Origin: Candidatus Eiseniibacteriota bacterium
GTDB taxonomy: Bacteria; Eisenbacteria; RBG-16-71-46; CAZEPH01
Direction: 5' to 3'
Assembly: GCA_044229145.1 (NCBI GenBank)
Contig: JBGATO010000010.1
Span: 1-64,000 of the forward strand
Length of the DNA stretch: 64,000 bases
Shown: positions 51,665 to 61,682 of the stretch, piece after piece
Layout: every line of letters begins with the position of its first letter
Numbering within the stretch: position 1 is the stretch's first letter
Translations under genes and position numbers: made by a program
Notes under the pieces: model-generated
What the model saw: only the letters and a program-made list of their open reading frames with translations
Told to the model about the DNA's origin: nothing
Databases searched by the model: none

Positions 51665-52239
51665 CGCTTACCTCCCGGGTTCATGGTGTACGAGACAAGC
51701 GAGAAGGAGGCGGCCACCGTGTTGCCGGTGGGCGACGTGCGATCCACGCCGGTGAGCCGCATGCTCGGGATCGCCAGCAGACGCGGACACGCGGCGAGCT
51801 TCGCCACGAACAGTCCGAGATCCGCGTAGCGGCCGGTCACGTTCAGCGTCGCCGGATAGGTCGTGTAGAGCTGGCCCGGCTTCGGCGTGTCTGGCTTGAT
51901 CAGGGTCACCGCGACGTTGGCTTCCTGCGCGGCGAGGCTGACCTCGCGCAGCACCTCGTCGGGCGTCGCGGTGTCAGGAATCACGCGGCGCTCGAGGTCC
52001 CAGCGCTCGCGCAGGCTGGCGACTTCGGCCTCGAGACGCGGCAACGATTTCGCGGCGAGCCGCGCCTCGCGCACCTTGCGCTCGAGATCGTCGCGCTGGT
52101 CGCGCAGTTCGCGCAGATGGGTGTGTCGGACCGGCAGGCAGAACGGCAGGTAGGTCGTGAACGCGTAGACGTAGACCAACGCGAACACGATCAACCCGAT
52201 GAAGATCCAGCGCTGCACGGCGGGATTGCGCACGTCCAT
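51661..52239 (-). CDS. pilO: Type IVa pilus alignment protein
   Basis: N-terminal TM, coiled coil, IP..EV, VTGRYADLGLF..LA..PRL. Confidence 0.85.
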   Translation of the reverse strand: MDVRNPAVQRWIFIGLIVFALVYVYAFTTYLPFCLPVRHTHLRELRDQRDDLERKVREARLAAKSLPRLEAEVASLRERWDLERRVIPDTATPDEVLREVSLAAQEANVAVTLIKPDTPKPGQLYTTYPATLNVTGRYADLGLFVAKLAACPRLLAIPSMRLTGVDRTSPTGNTVAASFSLVSYTMNPGGKR

Positions 52240-52274
52240 GGGTTCGGAGTCCTCGGAATCAGGTGCGTTCCGCG

Positions 52275-52850
52275 CTAGCGGACGATGCCGCAGCGCACGG
52301 TGAAACGCGTGACCGGGGTGTCGTGGATCTTGCCCGCCTCCGCCATCACGAGCGTCGCGTGACGGAAGCACAGCGTCGAGTCGAGTCGCGCCACCAAATC
52401 GGCGACGGTCAGCGGGCTGAGCGCGACGCCCTGCACGGTGGCCTTGAGCGAGTCGTTGATGGTGACGTCGCTCAGCCACAAGCGTTCGGGCAGCACCGCC
52501 GGGAGTGCATCGACCTGCGCCGCGGCGCGGTCACGCCCCTCCGACAACTGCTCGACGAGTGCAAGTTTGGTGGAGATCGCCTGACGCTCGGCGCGCAAGG
52601 CTTGGACGCGGTTCTCGACCGGCGCCAGCCGCGCACGCTCGGCCTCGAGGCCGGTGACCTCCGCCGCGGTGACGCGGATGCTGCGTTCCTCCAGCGCCGC
52701 CACCGCGCCGAGACCACCGAGCAACGCGGCACTCACCGCGACCGGAGCGAGGCGCGTCCACGCGATGCGCGGCACGCGCCGTTCGGCGGCGCGGAGTTCC
52801 TCCGGCAGGAGGTTGATCTGGATGGCGGCTGTCGGGTTGGCACTCGCCAT
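52275..52850 (-). CDS. pilN: Type IVa pilus alignment protein
   Basis: INLLP motif, TM, coiled coil, LPERLWL. Confidence 0.88.
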   Translation of the reverse strand: MASANPTAAIQINLLPEELRAAERRVPRIAWTRLAPVAVSAALLGGLGAVAALEERSIRVTAAEVTGLEAERARLAPVENRVQALRAERQAISTKLALVEQLSEGRDRAAAQVDALPAVLPERLWLSDVTINDSLKATVQGVALSPLTVADLVARLDSTLCFRHATLVMAEAGKIHDTPVTRFTVRCGIVR

Positions 52851-52853
52851 GGG

Positions 52854-53945
52854 TCAGGCTGCCTGTCGTAGCGCGAGACCGACGCCGACGGTGAGCAACG
52901 GCGAGACTTTCGCCATCTCCGCACCGCGTCCGGTCAAGCTGGTAAGGTCGAGCGACTGCAAGGGATTCGCCACCGCGACATCGAGCGGGTGACGCTTGCG
53001 CAGATAGGCGACCAAGCTGGGGATGCAGGCACCACCACCGCACAGCAGCAGACGCGAGACGTCGGCTTGTTCGCTTTCGCCGCGCGCGTCGAGATACGCC
53101 AGCGAGCGTTCCACGGCCACCGAGAGCTCCTCGGCCGCGTCCTCGACCAGCGTCGTGAGCTCCTCGGAGGCGTCGTCGCCGGCGAGGACGGAGTGAACCT
53201 CCTGGCGGGTCGCCGGGAAGTGCTTCAATGCAAGATCGACCAAGCGCGCGGTGCCGAAGGTGACGTTGCTGGTGAGCAGCGGAATGCCGCCGCGCGCCAC
53301 CACCACCTTGGTGAACTCGGCGCCGATGTCCAGGATGGCTTCGGCCCCCTGATCGCCGTGCGCGGCGCGAATCGCGTTCTGCGCGGCGAAGGCATCGACG
53401 TCGACGACCGCCGGCAGAAAGCCGGCTTCCTGCACCAGCGTCGCCAGGTTGTCGATGGCTTCGCGCTTGGCGGCCACCACAAGCACGTGCTGCTTCTTCG
53501 CGTCGGTGTCTTCGCCCAGCACTTGGTAGTCGAGATAGACGTCGTTGAGGTCGAACGGAATGTGCTGTTCGGCCTCCCACTGCACGGCGTGGTGCAGCGC
53601 GTCGGCGTCATCGACCTTCGAGATCCAGACGTTCTTGGTGATCACCGCGCGGCCACCCACGGCAGTGGCGACGCGTCGCGTCGGCAGATTCTGGCGCCGC
53701 GACAGTTCGCGCAACGCCTCCACCACCGCGCTGGCATCGACGATCTCGCCGTCGTTGACCGCGTCGGCGGGCAGCGAGGCGGTTTCGACCAGCGACAGGT
53801 GCGCGCTGCCCTTGTCGCGCGTCACGCCGACCAGCTTGATCACGTGCGATCCGACGTCGAGGCCGAGCAGCGGCTTGGTGGCCGCCTTGGCGCGCGCGCG
53901 GGAACGCGAGATGCTTTGCTTCTGCTTGTTGCGCAGCGTCTTCAC
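52854..53945 (-). CDS. pilM: Type IVa pilus actin-like protein
   Basis: LGLDVGSHVIK, EAEQHIPF, LDIGA..T, LCGGGA, ANP, GLALR. Confidence 0.93.
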   Translation of the reverse strand: MKTLRNKQKQSISRSRARAKAATKPLLGLDVGSHVIKLVGVTRDKGSAHLSLVETASLPADAVNDGEIVDASAVVEALRELSRRQNLPTRRVATAVGGRAVITKNVWISKVDDADALHHAVQWEAEQHIPFDLNDVYLDYQVLGEDTDAKKQHVLVVAAKREAIDNLATLVQEAGFLPAVVDVDAFAAQNAIRAAHGDQGAEAILDIGAEFTKVVVARGGIPLLTSNVTFGTARLVDLALKHFPATRQEVHSVLAGDDASEELTTLVEDAAEELSVAVERSLAYLDARGESEQADVSRLLLCGGGACIPSLVAYLRKRHPLDVAVANPLQSLDLTSLTGRGAEMAKVSPLLTVGVGLALRQAA

Positions 53946-53975
53946 CCGATGTCCTCGTGAGTGCGCGGTCCGTCC

Positions 53976-55241
53976 CTAGATCTCTCGCCACGCGGCGATC
54001 CGGAACGGACCCAAGAAGTTCAGCTTGTTGAGAGTGGAACTCGAATAGGCGAGAACGGCATTGCCACTGTAGGTTTGGTCGAAACCCACACCGTTGGCCG
54101 CCATCATGGCGCCGTAGAGGTGCACTCCTTGCCCGCCTCCCGTGAAGTTCACGCTGCCGAGGCACACGATGGCCCCGTACCAGGTGAATTGCCCCGACAC
54201 GTCGAGATTGCCCTGCACCAGCAGTACGCCGCCGCCGGTGTTGGTGCCCGAGAGGTGGAGGTCGCCCTGCACCTCGACGACGTGGTAGTTGTCGATGTCG
54301 CCCCAGCCGCCGGTGTCGGGGTTGTGCTGGGTGCTGCTATAGACAATATCGGCGAACTGGGCGTAGGTATTGAAGTACGCCTGCATGTCGAGATCGTAGG
54401 AGGCGTGCGCGACGTCCGGCGAGCTGCTCGCGCCGAGGATGTTGTTGGTCTGCTGCGGCTTGAGATCTGCGGTAATTTGCGCAGGGTCGCCGGTGGTAGT
54501 GAGTCCGTGGATCGGCGTGCTGCCCGGAATCGAGTCGCCGCTGGCCGGATCGGTGTCGTAGCCGGTGAGTTCGAACTGGGTGCCGTTGAACGTGAGGTCG
54601 GTGGTTTCGGTGTAGAGCGTCGCCGGCATCGGCGGAAACGGGATGTGCTGCACCGTCGACTGGATGACCTTGATCGCCGTCCCCACCTGCCCCATCGAGG
54701 TCACCACGTATTCGGGCGCGCCGGTGGTGGTGTTCTCCGTGTCGGCGGTGGTCGGATCGTGATCGCCATCGCCGTAGAACAGGATCTGGCCGGCGCCATT
54801 GCGCTTGTACTCGATGCGCACCCACTTGTAGCCGAGGCCGGCGCCGGACTGCAGACTCAGCACTTCCGGCCAGTGCTCGCCGTTGTTGTCGATCGTGCCG
54901 TCGCCATCGTTGTCGAGGTTGTCGCTGGCCTGCGACGCGCGCGCCGGATCGAGCGCCGACTGCCCGCTGACGGACACGATGTAGTAGCCCCAGTTGTTCC
55001 CGGGCGGCGACGTGAAGTCGGCGAGACAGTTGGCGCCGGCGCTGATGTTGAGCCGCGCGATCGCCTCGTGCATGCCGGCTTCCGCGACGTACAGGGCCTG
55101 CGTGGCGCGCGTGTCGTTGCCGGCGATCTGCTGCTCGCTGGTCGACAGCAGCATGTAGGTGACGACCAGGATGCTGAGGCCGAAGAGCACCAGCAGCGTC
55201 GTCAGCATGGCGCTCCCGCGCCGGCGGTTATTGCGTGACAT
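53976..55241 (-). CDS. PilX-like minor pilin (large)
   Basis: RRRG|SAMLTTLL leader lacking Glu5, QALYVAEAG..EA PilX N-terminal motif, DNDGDGTID motif, C-terminal G.G.L.V.G.L beta repeats. Confidence 0.8.
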   Translation of the reverse strand: MSRNNRRRGSAMLTTLLVLFGLSILVVTYMLLSTSEQQIAGNDTRATQALYVAEAGMHEAIARLNISAGANCLADFTSPPGNNWGYYIVSVSGQSALDPARASQASDNLDNDGDGTIDNNGEHWPEVLSLQSGAGLGYKWVRIEYKRNGAGQILFYGDGDHDPTTADTENTTTGAPEYVVTSMGQVGTAIKVIQSTVQHIPFPPMPATLYTETTDLTFNGTQFELTGYDTDPASGDSIPGSTPIHGLTTTGDPAQITADLKPQQTNNILGASSSPDVAHASYDLDMQAYFNTYAQFADIVYSSTQHNPDTGGWGDIDNYHVVEVQGDLHLSGTNTGGGVLLVQGNLDVSGQFTWYGAIVCLGSVNFTGGGQGVHLYGAMMAANGVGFDQTYSGNAVLAYSSSTLNKLNFLGPFRIAAWREI

Positions 55242-57399
55242 AGGGATTCAGGTAGACGTCGATTTCGCCGCTCGTCGAGCTGATGGCGACGCCGACCACG
55301 ATGTCGTTGAGGACGTCGTCGTCAGGATCGGTGACCGGCGCTTCGAGTTTGCCGATGGCGATCGCACTCACCGAACCACCGGTGACGCGGTCGGCCCAGC
55401 TCTCGGTCTGCGGAATGTAGTGGCCGCTCACCGGCGTCGAGTTCACGTACCACGCCTGGATCGCCTGATTCGACGTCCCGGCGACGATGTCGGGTACGCT
55501 GTTGCCGTAGTCGATGGTGCCCACCGCCACGGCGGTCACCGGGCCTTGCGCGAGCACGCCGTCGGTGTAGGTCAGGGTGCCGCTGACGTTGCGCCAGTAC
55601 TCGACGCCGCCGACCGTGGTGTTCATCTTGTAGCCGACCACGACGTCGCTGTTGCCGTCCTGATCGATGTCGCCGGTTGCAATGCCATAGCAGCCCTTGT
55701 TCACCGTCAGGGTCGACGACGTGCCGCTGAACCACCCCCAGACGGACGAACTCATGCAGCGCACCTCGATCTTGCCGTCCGTATTGTTCGACTTCGCGGT
55801 GCAGCCGATGAGGTCACGTCGACCATCGCCGTTGATGTCGGCGATGCACACGCCGTACACCGGATAGGTCGTCGTGTAGACGTCGGACGAGGTGTGCCAG
55901 AAGCCGCCGGATCCGGTGCCCCAGAACACCTCGAGCGCGCCGGTGGTGGTGCCCGTCTTGGTGCCGCACAACAGGTCGATCAGGCCGTCGTTGTTGAGAT
56001 CCGCCATTGCCATCGCGCGCACTTCTCCCGTGGCGCCGGGACTCGACGAGCGATAGTACGTGCCGTTAGGCACTGTCGCGGACGGGTACGAACCGCTGCC
56101 GATCACCCCGGGAGTACTGGTGTTGCCCTGATTCAGCCACGCCTGCACGGCGCCCGCGTTCGTGGCGCCCCGCTTCACGCCGGCGACCACGTCCGGGTAG
56201 TTCGCGGACGCGCCATCGAGGTTACCTGTGGCCAGCGCATAGAGGTCGTAGCTGGACGTGCCCGAGTACGCGTACACGTTCCGGAACAGCCCCCACCCGG
56301 TGTAGCCGTTCGGGAAGCCGTTCCAATACACGAGCAGGTTGTTCGCCGAGCCGTTCTTCGTTCCGACCACGATGTCGAGATCGCGCTGGTTACTGCTCGT
56401 GGTGAGCGAGCCTTCGAGCGAGTCGCGCTCGTTGGTGTCCACCAGGATCAGCGAGAGCACGTCGCTCGTCGGAATGCGGATCGGCGGCTGGTAATCCGGC
56501 AGTGAGTCGGTGCCGCTGCTGTCGGCGCCCCCCCCGCTTCCGCCCCCGCCACCACTGCCGCCTCCGCCGCCGCTCACCGGCGGATTCGACGCCGCCGTGA
56601 TCGGGATATAGGGCACGGTCCGCGGCGACACCCGCGTGGTCAGCGACACCTGCTTGTATTCGCCCTGCGAGCCACTAGGCGACGGCGTCTCGGCGACGAC
56701 GCGCAGCACGATGCTGGCGAGGGTCGGCGTGCGGCCGCTCCCGGCCGGCTTGCCGAGCACGGAATCGGGCAGCGTGGTGCCGTAGAAGCTGCTGGTGGCG
56801 TCGTTCGACGAGCCGGACAGCGCGGCGCCGGTCTTGGTGTAGTACGCGAAGAGCGGCGCGGTCGGCGTGCCGTTGCTGCCGGCGTTCTGCGTGATCGCAT
56901 AGGCGACGACTTCGCCGCTGCCGCTGGTCGGCGTCGCGGCGGTATCGGCCACCGTGCTGGCGACGCGGCGGAGCACGCGGTCGCGCGGATTGCGCGTCGC
57001 CGCGACCACCGCGTCACTACGGTTCGAGTCGAGGAAGTACGTGATGCGCTCGCCGGTATCGATGTTGCCGTTCGCGTTGGCATCGACCACGAACGTGATG
57101 CGATACTCGCTCGCCACCTCGATCGCCACGTGCCGCGAGTTGTCGAGGCCGTAGCCTGCCGAGCGCAATTCGCGCGACATCATGTCGAGCGCCACGCGCG
57201 CATTCTGCTGCGCCTCGGCGATACCGAGACCCGCCGCCTGCGCTTTCTGGTCGTGCTCGTAGTAGAGGAAGATCACGCTGAGCACGACGGAGAAGACCAC
57301 CAGCCCGATCATCAGCTCGAGCAAGCTGAAGCCGCGCCGGGCGCGACGATCGCGCCGGTGCATCACCGCGGAGAGGTGCGAGAGACGGAACGCGCGCAT
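55228..57399 (-). CDS. PilW-like minor pilin fused to an FG-GAP/VCBS repeat domain (723 aa)
   Basis: RRG|FSLLELM prepilin site, QQNARVALDMMSRELRSAGY, Gly linker, repeats GNLDG..PDVV, ADLNNDGLIDL, ADINGDGRRDL, GDIDQDGNSDV. Confidence 0.82.
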   Translation of the reverse strand: MRAFRLSHLSAVMHRRDRRARRGFSLLELMIGLVVFSVVLSVIFLYYEHDQKAQAAGLGIAEAQQNARVALDMMSRELRSAGYGLDNSRHVAIEVASEYRITFVVDANANGNIDTGERITYFLDSNRSDAVVAATRNPRDRVLRRVASTVADTAATPTSGSGEVVAYAITQNAGSNGTPTAPLFAYYTKTGAALSGSSNDATSSFYGTTLPDSVLGKPAGSGRTPTLASIVLRVVAETPSPSGSQGEYKQVSLTTRVSPRTVPYIPITAASNPPVSGGGGGSGGGGGSGGGADSSGTDSLPDYQPPIRIPTSDVLSLILVDTNERDSLEGSLTTSSNQRDLDIVVGTKNGSANNLLVYWNGFPNGYTGWGLFRNVYAYSGTSSYDLYALATGNLDGASANYPDVVAGVKRGATNAGAVQAWLNQGNTSTPGVIGSGSYPSATVPNGTYYRSSSPGATGEVRAMAMADLNNDGLIDLLCGTKTGTTTGALEVFWGTGSGGFWHTSSDVYTTTYPVYGVCIADINGDGRRDLIGCTAKSNNTDGKIEVRCMSSSVWGWFSGTSSTLTVNKGCYGIATGDIDQDGNSDVVVGYKMNTTVGGVEYWRNVSGTLTYTDGVLAQGPVTAVAVGTIDYGNSVPDIVAGTSNQAIQAWYVNSTPVSGHYIPQTESWADRVTGGSVSAIAIGKLEAPVTDPDDDVLNDIVVGVAISSTSGEIDVYLNPYVTQ

Positions 57400-57881
57400 C
57401 AGTTCGCCAACTGCGTCAGGTAGGTGTGGATGGTGGTGGAACGGGTTCCGGACGATGATGCCCAGCTCACGGTGACCTCGACTTTCTTGGTACCGGCAAG
57501 TGGGGTGTTGTCGGTGACGGTCCAGGAACGGGTGTACTTGCCGGTGGCGTCCGAGTGGGATCCGGCGGTGAGGCCGGCGTCGGTCCACGCAAGTGCCTTC
57601 AAGTCTTCCAGCTTCTGTGCTGCAAACGCGGTGCCGCTCGTCATGCTGCGCGAGCGATTGAGAGCGCGCGAGCCCGCCGGCATCAATTGACCGAGCGCCA
57701 GCACGCCGATCGCCAGCACGACGAGCGTGATCATCAGTTCGAGCAGGGTGAATCCACGCAGGTCGCGGCCACGCCATCCGCCGGCGGCGCGTGACCGCCG
57801 GCCACGGCGTTGCACGTTGCACGCGCGCCCGGAGCCGCGCCGTGCAACGCACGGCATCCCGATGTCGGTTACTGCACCCAT
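57399..57881 (-). CDS. PilV-like minor pilin; start uncertain
   Basis: LRG|FTLLELM, AAQKLEDLK, YTRSWTV, KKVEVTVSW. Confidence 0.8.
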   Translation of the reverse strand: MGAVTDIGMPCVARRGSGRACNVQRRGRRSRAAGGWRGRDLRGFTLLELMITLVVLAIGVLALGQLMPAGSRALNRSRSMTSGTAFAAQKLEDLKALAWTDAGLTAGSHSDATGKYTRSWTVTDNTPLAGTKKVEVTVSWASSSGTRSTTIHTYLTQLAN

Positions 57882-58348
57882 GCCTCCCCCGTCGACCGCG
57901 TCAGAGTGATCGTCTTGGTGCGATTGGCGGGTGCGGGGGAACGCACCACGAATGCTCCTGCCGCAAGCATGGAGCCATCGGGACGAAAGACCAGGGAATC
58001 GCCCGGCACGCCGCCCGAATTCAGGTTCAGCAGCGTGACGCGCGGCGGCATCGTGAACGGGCCGCGCACCGGTTCGCCGCTGTCGATGTGACCGTCACCG
58101 TCGGTGTCGGTGTGCAGCGTGTACTCGCTGTTCGCCCAGTCGAAGCGCACGATGACGTTGGCGTGTTGCGCCACCGACTTGAAGCGCGCCAAGCGCATGT
58201 GCGAGGTCACTTGCTCCACCGCCGTGGAGTAGGCGGCGTCGGTGGTGTAGGCCTTGATCGCCGGCATGCTGATCGCGAACAAGATGCCGAGGACGACGAG
58301 CACCGTCATCAGTTCGATCAAGCTGAAGCCGCCGCGCCGCGCGCGCAT
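57869..58348 (-). CDS. FimT/FimU(GspH)-like minor pilin
   Basis: RGG|FSLIELM, RLARFKSV, DTDGDGHID, VFRPDG. Confidence 0.82.
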   Translation of the reverse strand: MRARRGGFSLIELMTVLVVLGILFAISMPAIKAYTTDAAYSTAVEQVTSHMRLARFKSVAQHANVIVRFDWANSEYTLHTDTDGDGHIDSGEPVRGPFTMPPRVTLLNLNSGGVPGDSLVFRPDGSMLAAGAFVVRSPAPANRTKTITLTRSTGEAWVQ

Positions 58349-59016
58349 TACCGTGTCGTCCTCCCTTCCAATCGCGTGAGGTACTGCCGTGCCACCCGCC
58401 GCAGCGCCGGGTCCGTGGTCTGCTCGGCGAGCATCGTCCACATCGCCTGCGCATCCTCGTGCCGTCCGGCCCGCATCGCGCACCACGCTGCGAAGCGCCG
58501 CGCGAGGTCGGGGTTCGGCGAGAGTGCCGCGGCGCGCCGGAACCACGGTTCGGCGCGATCCGGCTGCCCCTCGACGACGTACCACACGAATCCGGCTTCG
58601 AACGGCAGCTGCCAGTCGCCCGGCCTGGCGCGCATGCCGCGCGCCAACAGCTGCATCGCCGCCGGGGTGTCCCCGACGTCCTGGGCCAGCACCACCGCGC
58701 CGAGCAAGTACGCCGACTGGTACTGCGGGTCGAGCTCGGTGATGGTGGTGAAGAGGTGTTGGCTGCCGTCGTAGCGGTGGTCCGTGAGGCGGTGGAGGCC
58801 GTAATACTGCAGCGCCCTCACCCAACAGAGATCGGCCACCATCGTGTCGAACCCCAGACACGCGGGTTTGAGGAGCGTGCCCGAGGGAAAGAAGAGCAAC
58901 TCTTCCGTGGCCCCCGACGGCGCCGCCGGCCGGCGCACCGGCACCGCGGACGCGGCCCCGAACAACAACAGGGCGACCGCAACCAAGCCGCTACGTCGCA
59001 GCGTCGCTGCGGTCAT
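58348..59016 (-). CDS. TPR-like pilus accessory protein (XapA/PilG-like position)
   Basis: N-terminal TM, ADLCWVRALQYYG, TELDP, PGDWQLPF..GF; coupled to the ABC permease. Confidence 0.7.
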   Translation of the reverse strand: MTAATLRRSGLVAVALLLFGAASAVPVRRPAAPSGATEELLFFPSGTLLKPACLGFDTMVADLCWVRALQYYGLHRLTDHRYDGSQHLFTTITELDPQYQSAYLLGAVVLAQDVGDTPAAMQLLARGMRARPGDWQLPFEAGFVWYVVEGQPDRAEPWFRRAAALSPNPDLARRFAAWCAMRAGRHEDAQAMWTMLAEQTTDPALRRVARQYLTRLEGRTTR

Positions 59017-59801
59017 ACCAACTCGCGCCGTTCGAACAGCGCGACGGCGAGTGTGAGCAGCGCCGCCGAGTAGACCGCCGCGTACGCCCACCCCCATCCG
59101 ATCGCCCCCAACGCCACGGCCTGCGCGTGGACAGCCGCCGAACGCGCGTTCAACATGTCGAGATGCGGCAGGGCGACGTAGATGGCGCGCGCCAGCACCT
59201 GCGTCGCGGGGGTCAGCCGCCCGGCGGCGGCCACCAGATCCGCGCTGCCGTGTCCGACCACGAACACCGCCACCGTGAAGCACACCGTCAGCCCTGGCGT
59301 CGAGAACGCGCTGAAGACGCTCACCACCGCCACCAGCACGCAGATCTCCGCAAGCGCGAGCAGATTGGCGCCCACCAGCGCCCACCAGATGGTGCGCGTC
59401 ACCAGCGCCATCAGCGCGACATGGACGGCGCACAACACGGTCGCCGTGAGCGCGCCGGTGGCGAACAGACCAGCCGCGCGGCCGAGCACGAATTCCGAGC
59501 GCCGCACCGGCGTCGCCAGCACGTGGAGCAATGTCTTGCGCTCGATCTCGCGGGTGAGCAGCTGCGCGCTGCTGCTCGCCAGCACGGCGAGCGACGTCAG
59601 CACGACGAGCACGAGACCCGCGTCGGCTACCACGCGCGCGGCATCGCCGAGCGCGAGGGGCGCGAGCACCAGCGATCCCACCATCGCCACGATCGCCAAG
59701 ATGACCAACACGGCGCTGGTGCGATCGCGCGCCGTTTGGCGAAACGTCTCCTCGGCCACCGCGAGGGTGCGATGTGCGGACGCCCTGCACGCGGCGATCA
59801 T
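59013..59801 (-). CDS. ABC-2 permease (PilI-like)
   Basis: ETFRQTARDR, EIERKTL..VLATPVRRSEFVLG, ALP, FERREL; about 6 TM helices. Confidence 0.85.
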   Translation of the reverse strand: MIAACRASAHRTLAVAEETFRQTARDRTSAVLVILAIVAMVGSLVLAPLALGDAARVVADAGLVLVVLTSLAVLASSSAQLLTREIERKTLLHVLATPVRRSEFVLGRAAGLFATGALTATVLCAVHVALMALVTRTIWWALVGANLLALAEICVLVAVVSVFSAFSTPGLTVCFTVAVFVVGHGSADLVAAAGRLTPATQVLARAIYVALPHLDMLNARSAAVHAQAVALGAIGWGWAYAAVYSAALLTLAVALFERRELV

Positions 59802-60850
59802 GCGCGCCGGTCTCCGTTGCGACGGTCGTGACCATCGCGCGGATCGCGCGACGCGTCACGAATCGTCTGCGTCAGGGCGGTTCCCCGCGGCAGCACCGAA
59901 AGCACGTGGCGCTGAGCGCCGAGCACCACGTGGAGCACCTGATTGAGCACCGGCCGCGGCGCGTGGATCACCATGCCGCCGTCGCCGCGCACGGCGTACG
60001 TGGCGCCGACGTTGGTCAGTACGGCCTTGACGTGCGGCGGCACCGGTCCGCCCCCGGTGGTGACGATCTCCATCGCATCGTCATCGAGCCGCAGCACTTC
60101 CTCCGGCGACCCGGTGGCGACCAAGCGGCCGCCCACCAGGAGACCGACGCGCGCGCAGAGGCTCTGCACGTCCGGCAGGATGTGACTCGAGAAGATGATC
60201 GACACACCATCGTCGGCGAGCTGCGCGATGACTTCGCGCACCTCGGCGCGGCCGAGCGGGTCGAGGCCGGACATCGGTTCGTCGAGCACCAGGAGCTTCG
60301 GCCGGTGCAGGATGGCGTGTGCGAGACCAACGCGTTGCGCGAGGCCCTTCGACAGGGCGCGGCAGTTCTTGCGCGCGTGCGCGGTGAGGCCGGTGCGCTC
60401 CATCGCGTCTGCGGCCGCACGGCGCGCGGCGGCGCCGGTGTAGCCACGCAGCTTGGCGCCGAACTCCAGCACCTCTGCAGGCGTCAACGTGTCGGGAAAC
60501 GCCGGCACCTCGGGCAGGAAGCCGACGTGGGCACGGGCCTCGGGATCGCCGAGCGGCCGGCCGAGGAGTTCTCCGTCGCCGGCACTCGGCCGCACCAGGC
60601 CGAGCAGCAGTTTGAACAGCGTCGTCTTGCCGGCGCCGTTCGCGCCGAGCAGGCCGAACGTCTCGCGCGCCTCGACACGCAGGCTGACGTCGCGCAGCGC
60701 CTCGTGGCGGGTGCGCCAGAAACCGGTGACGAAGGTCTTCGCGAGATGGGCCGTTTGCACGACCGGCGGCGCACTCGCCTGCGGCACCAACGTGAGGTGC
60801 GAGCGCGTGCGTCCGTGCGGCGAGGCGGCGGTCTCAGGCGTGGTGTCCAT
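59798..60850 (-). CDS. ABC ATPase (PilH-like); start uncertain
   Basis: GANGAGKTT, GFLPE, LSKGLAQRVG, LDEPMSGLDPLGR, FSSHIL. Confidence 0.9.
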   Translation of the reverse strand: MDTTPETAASPHGRTRSHLTLVPQASAPPVVQTAHLAKTFVTGFWRTRHEALRDVSLRVEARETFGLLGANGAGKTTLFKLLLGLVRPSAGDGELLGRPLGDPEARAHVGFLPEVPAFPDTLTPAEVLEFGAKLRGYTGAAARRAAADAMERTGLTAHARKNCRALSKGLAQRVGLAHAILHRPKLLVLDEPMSGLDPLGRAEVREVIAQLADDGVSIIFSSHILPDVQSLCARVGLLVGGRLVATGSPEEVLRLDDDAMEIVTTGGGPVPPHVKAVLTNVGATYAVRGDGGMVIHAPRPVLNQVLHVVLGAQRHVLSVLPRGTALTQTIRDASRDPRDGHDRRNGDRRA

Positions 60851-60926
60851 GTCGTCGTCGGAGGAAGGAAGAGCCGAAGCGGTGGCGACACGCATCATGC
60901 AGTGACCCCGTTCCGAGGAACGACGC

Positions 60927-60955
60927 GCGGACGATCGCCTCGTGCGATCGTCCGC
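60927..60955 (-). terminator. Hairpin after the second pilin
   Basis: GCGGACGATCGC-N5-GCGATCGTCCGC perfect 12-bp stem. Confidence 0.55.
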
Positions 60956-60980
60956 CGCGCCGCAAGGTGGACAACTGTGC

Positions 60981-61388
60981 TTACTGGCCGTTGGTCAGCG
61001 AGACCGACAGCACCGCGGACTTCCCCATGCCGGTGATCGTGTACCCGGTGGAGTCCGGCGCGTTGTACCCGACGATGCCCTTGGTGGAGGCGGCGGTGCC
61101 GTCCATCCACGCCCCGCCCGATCCGCTGCTGCCGTCGAACGGGTTCTTGAACGTCGTCGGCAACCCGCCCGCCACGGTGGACGCCGCGGTTGCGTACAGA
61201 CCATCGTGCTGCACCGCGTAGTCTTCGGCGGCCAGCTGGAAGGTATGCATGTTTTCCTTGGTCGACCCTTCCTTCGCGCGATCCTGCATCGCCACGAAAT
61301 TGGGGATGGCGATCGCCGCCAGAATTCCAATGATCAACACGACGATCATGAGCTCGATGAGCGTGAAGCCCTTGCGATGACCTCTCAC
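60981..61388 (-). CDS. pilA: Type IVa major pilin, copy 2
   Basis: RKG|FTLIELMIVVLIIGILAAIAIPNF; GGAGG SD before GTG. Confidence 0.92.
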   Translation of the reverse strand: MRGHRKGFTLIELMIVVLIIGILAAIAIPNFVAMQDRAKEGSTKENMHTFQLAAEDYAVQHDGLYATAASTVAGGLPTTFKNPFDGSSGSGGAWMDGTAASTKGIVGYNAPDSTGYTITGMGKSAVLSVSLTNGQ

Positions 61389-61447
61389 CTCGCACCTCCG
61401 ATAGTTCCGACCGGGGATTCGCCTCCCGTTGCGCGCAGTGACGAAAG

Positions 61448-61462
61448 GCAATCCACATGCCA
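61448..61462 (-). promoter_or_regulatory. Sigma-54 promoter of pilin copy 2
   Basis: TGGCATG-TGGA-TTGC (-24/-12); IHF-like ACTCAGCGAGTTA at 61502-61514. Confidence 0.75.
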
Positions 61463-61682
61463 TCTCGCGGTATCGGCCGGCGGGCGGGAAAACTTGCGTG
61501 AACTCAGCGAGTTACGGCGCGGGCGCGGGCCGGGCGGAAACCCGGCGCCGGCGGAGGCTGCGTGCAGACTGCACGCGGGAGGGCAAATTGCATCCGGAGG
61601 CGGTCGAAAGCGGGCCGCTCCCATGCGAAGACGCCGGGACCTCGCGAGAGGTCCCGGCGCCTCATCGGCGGTCAGCCGATGG

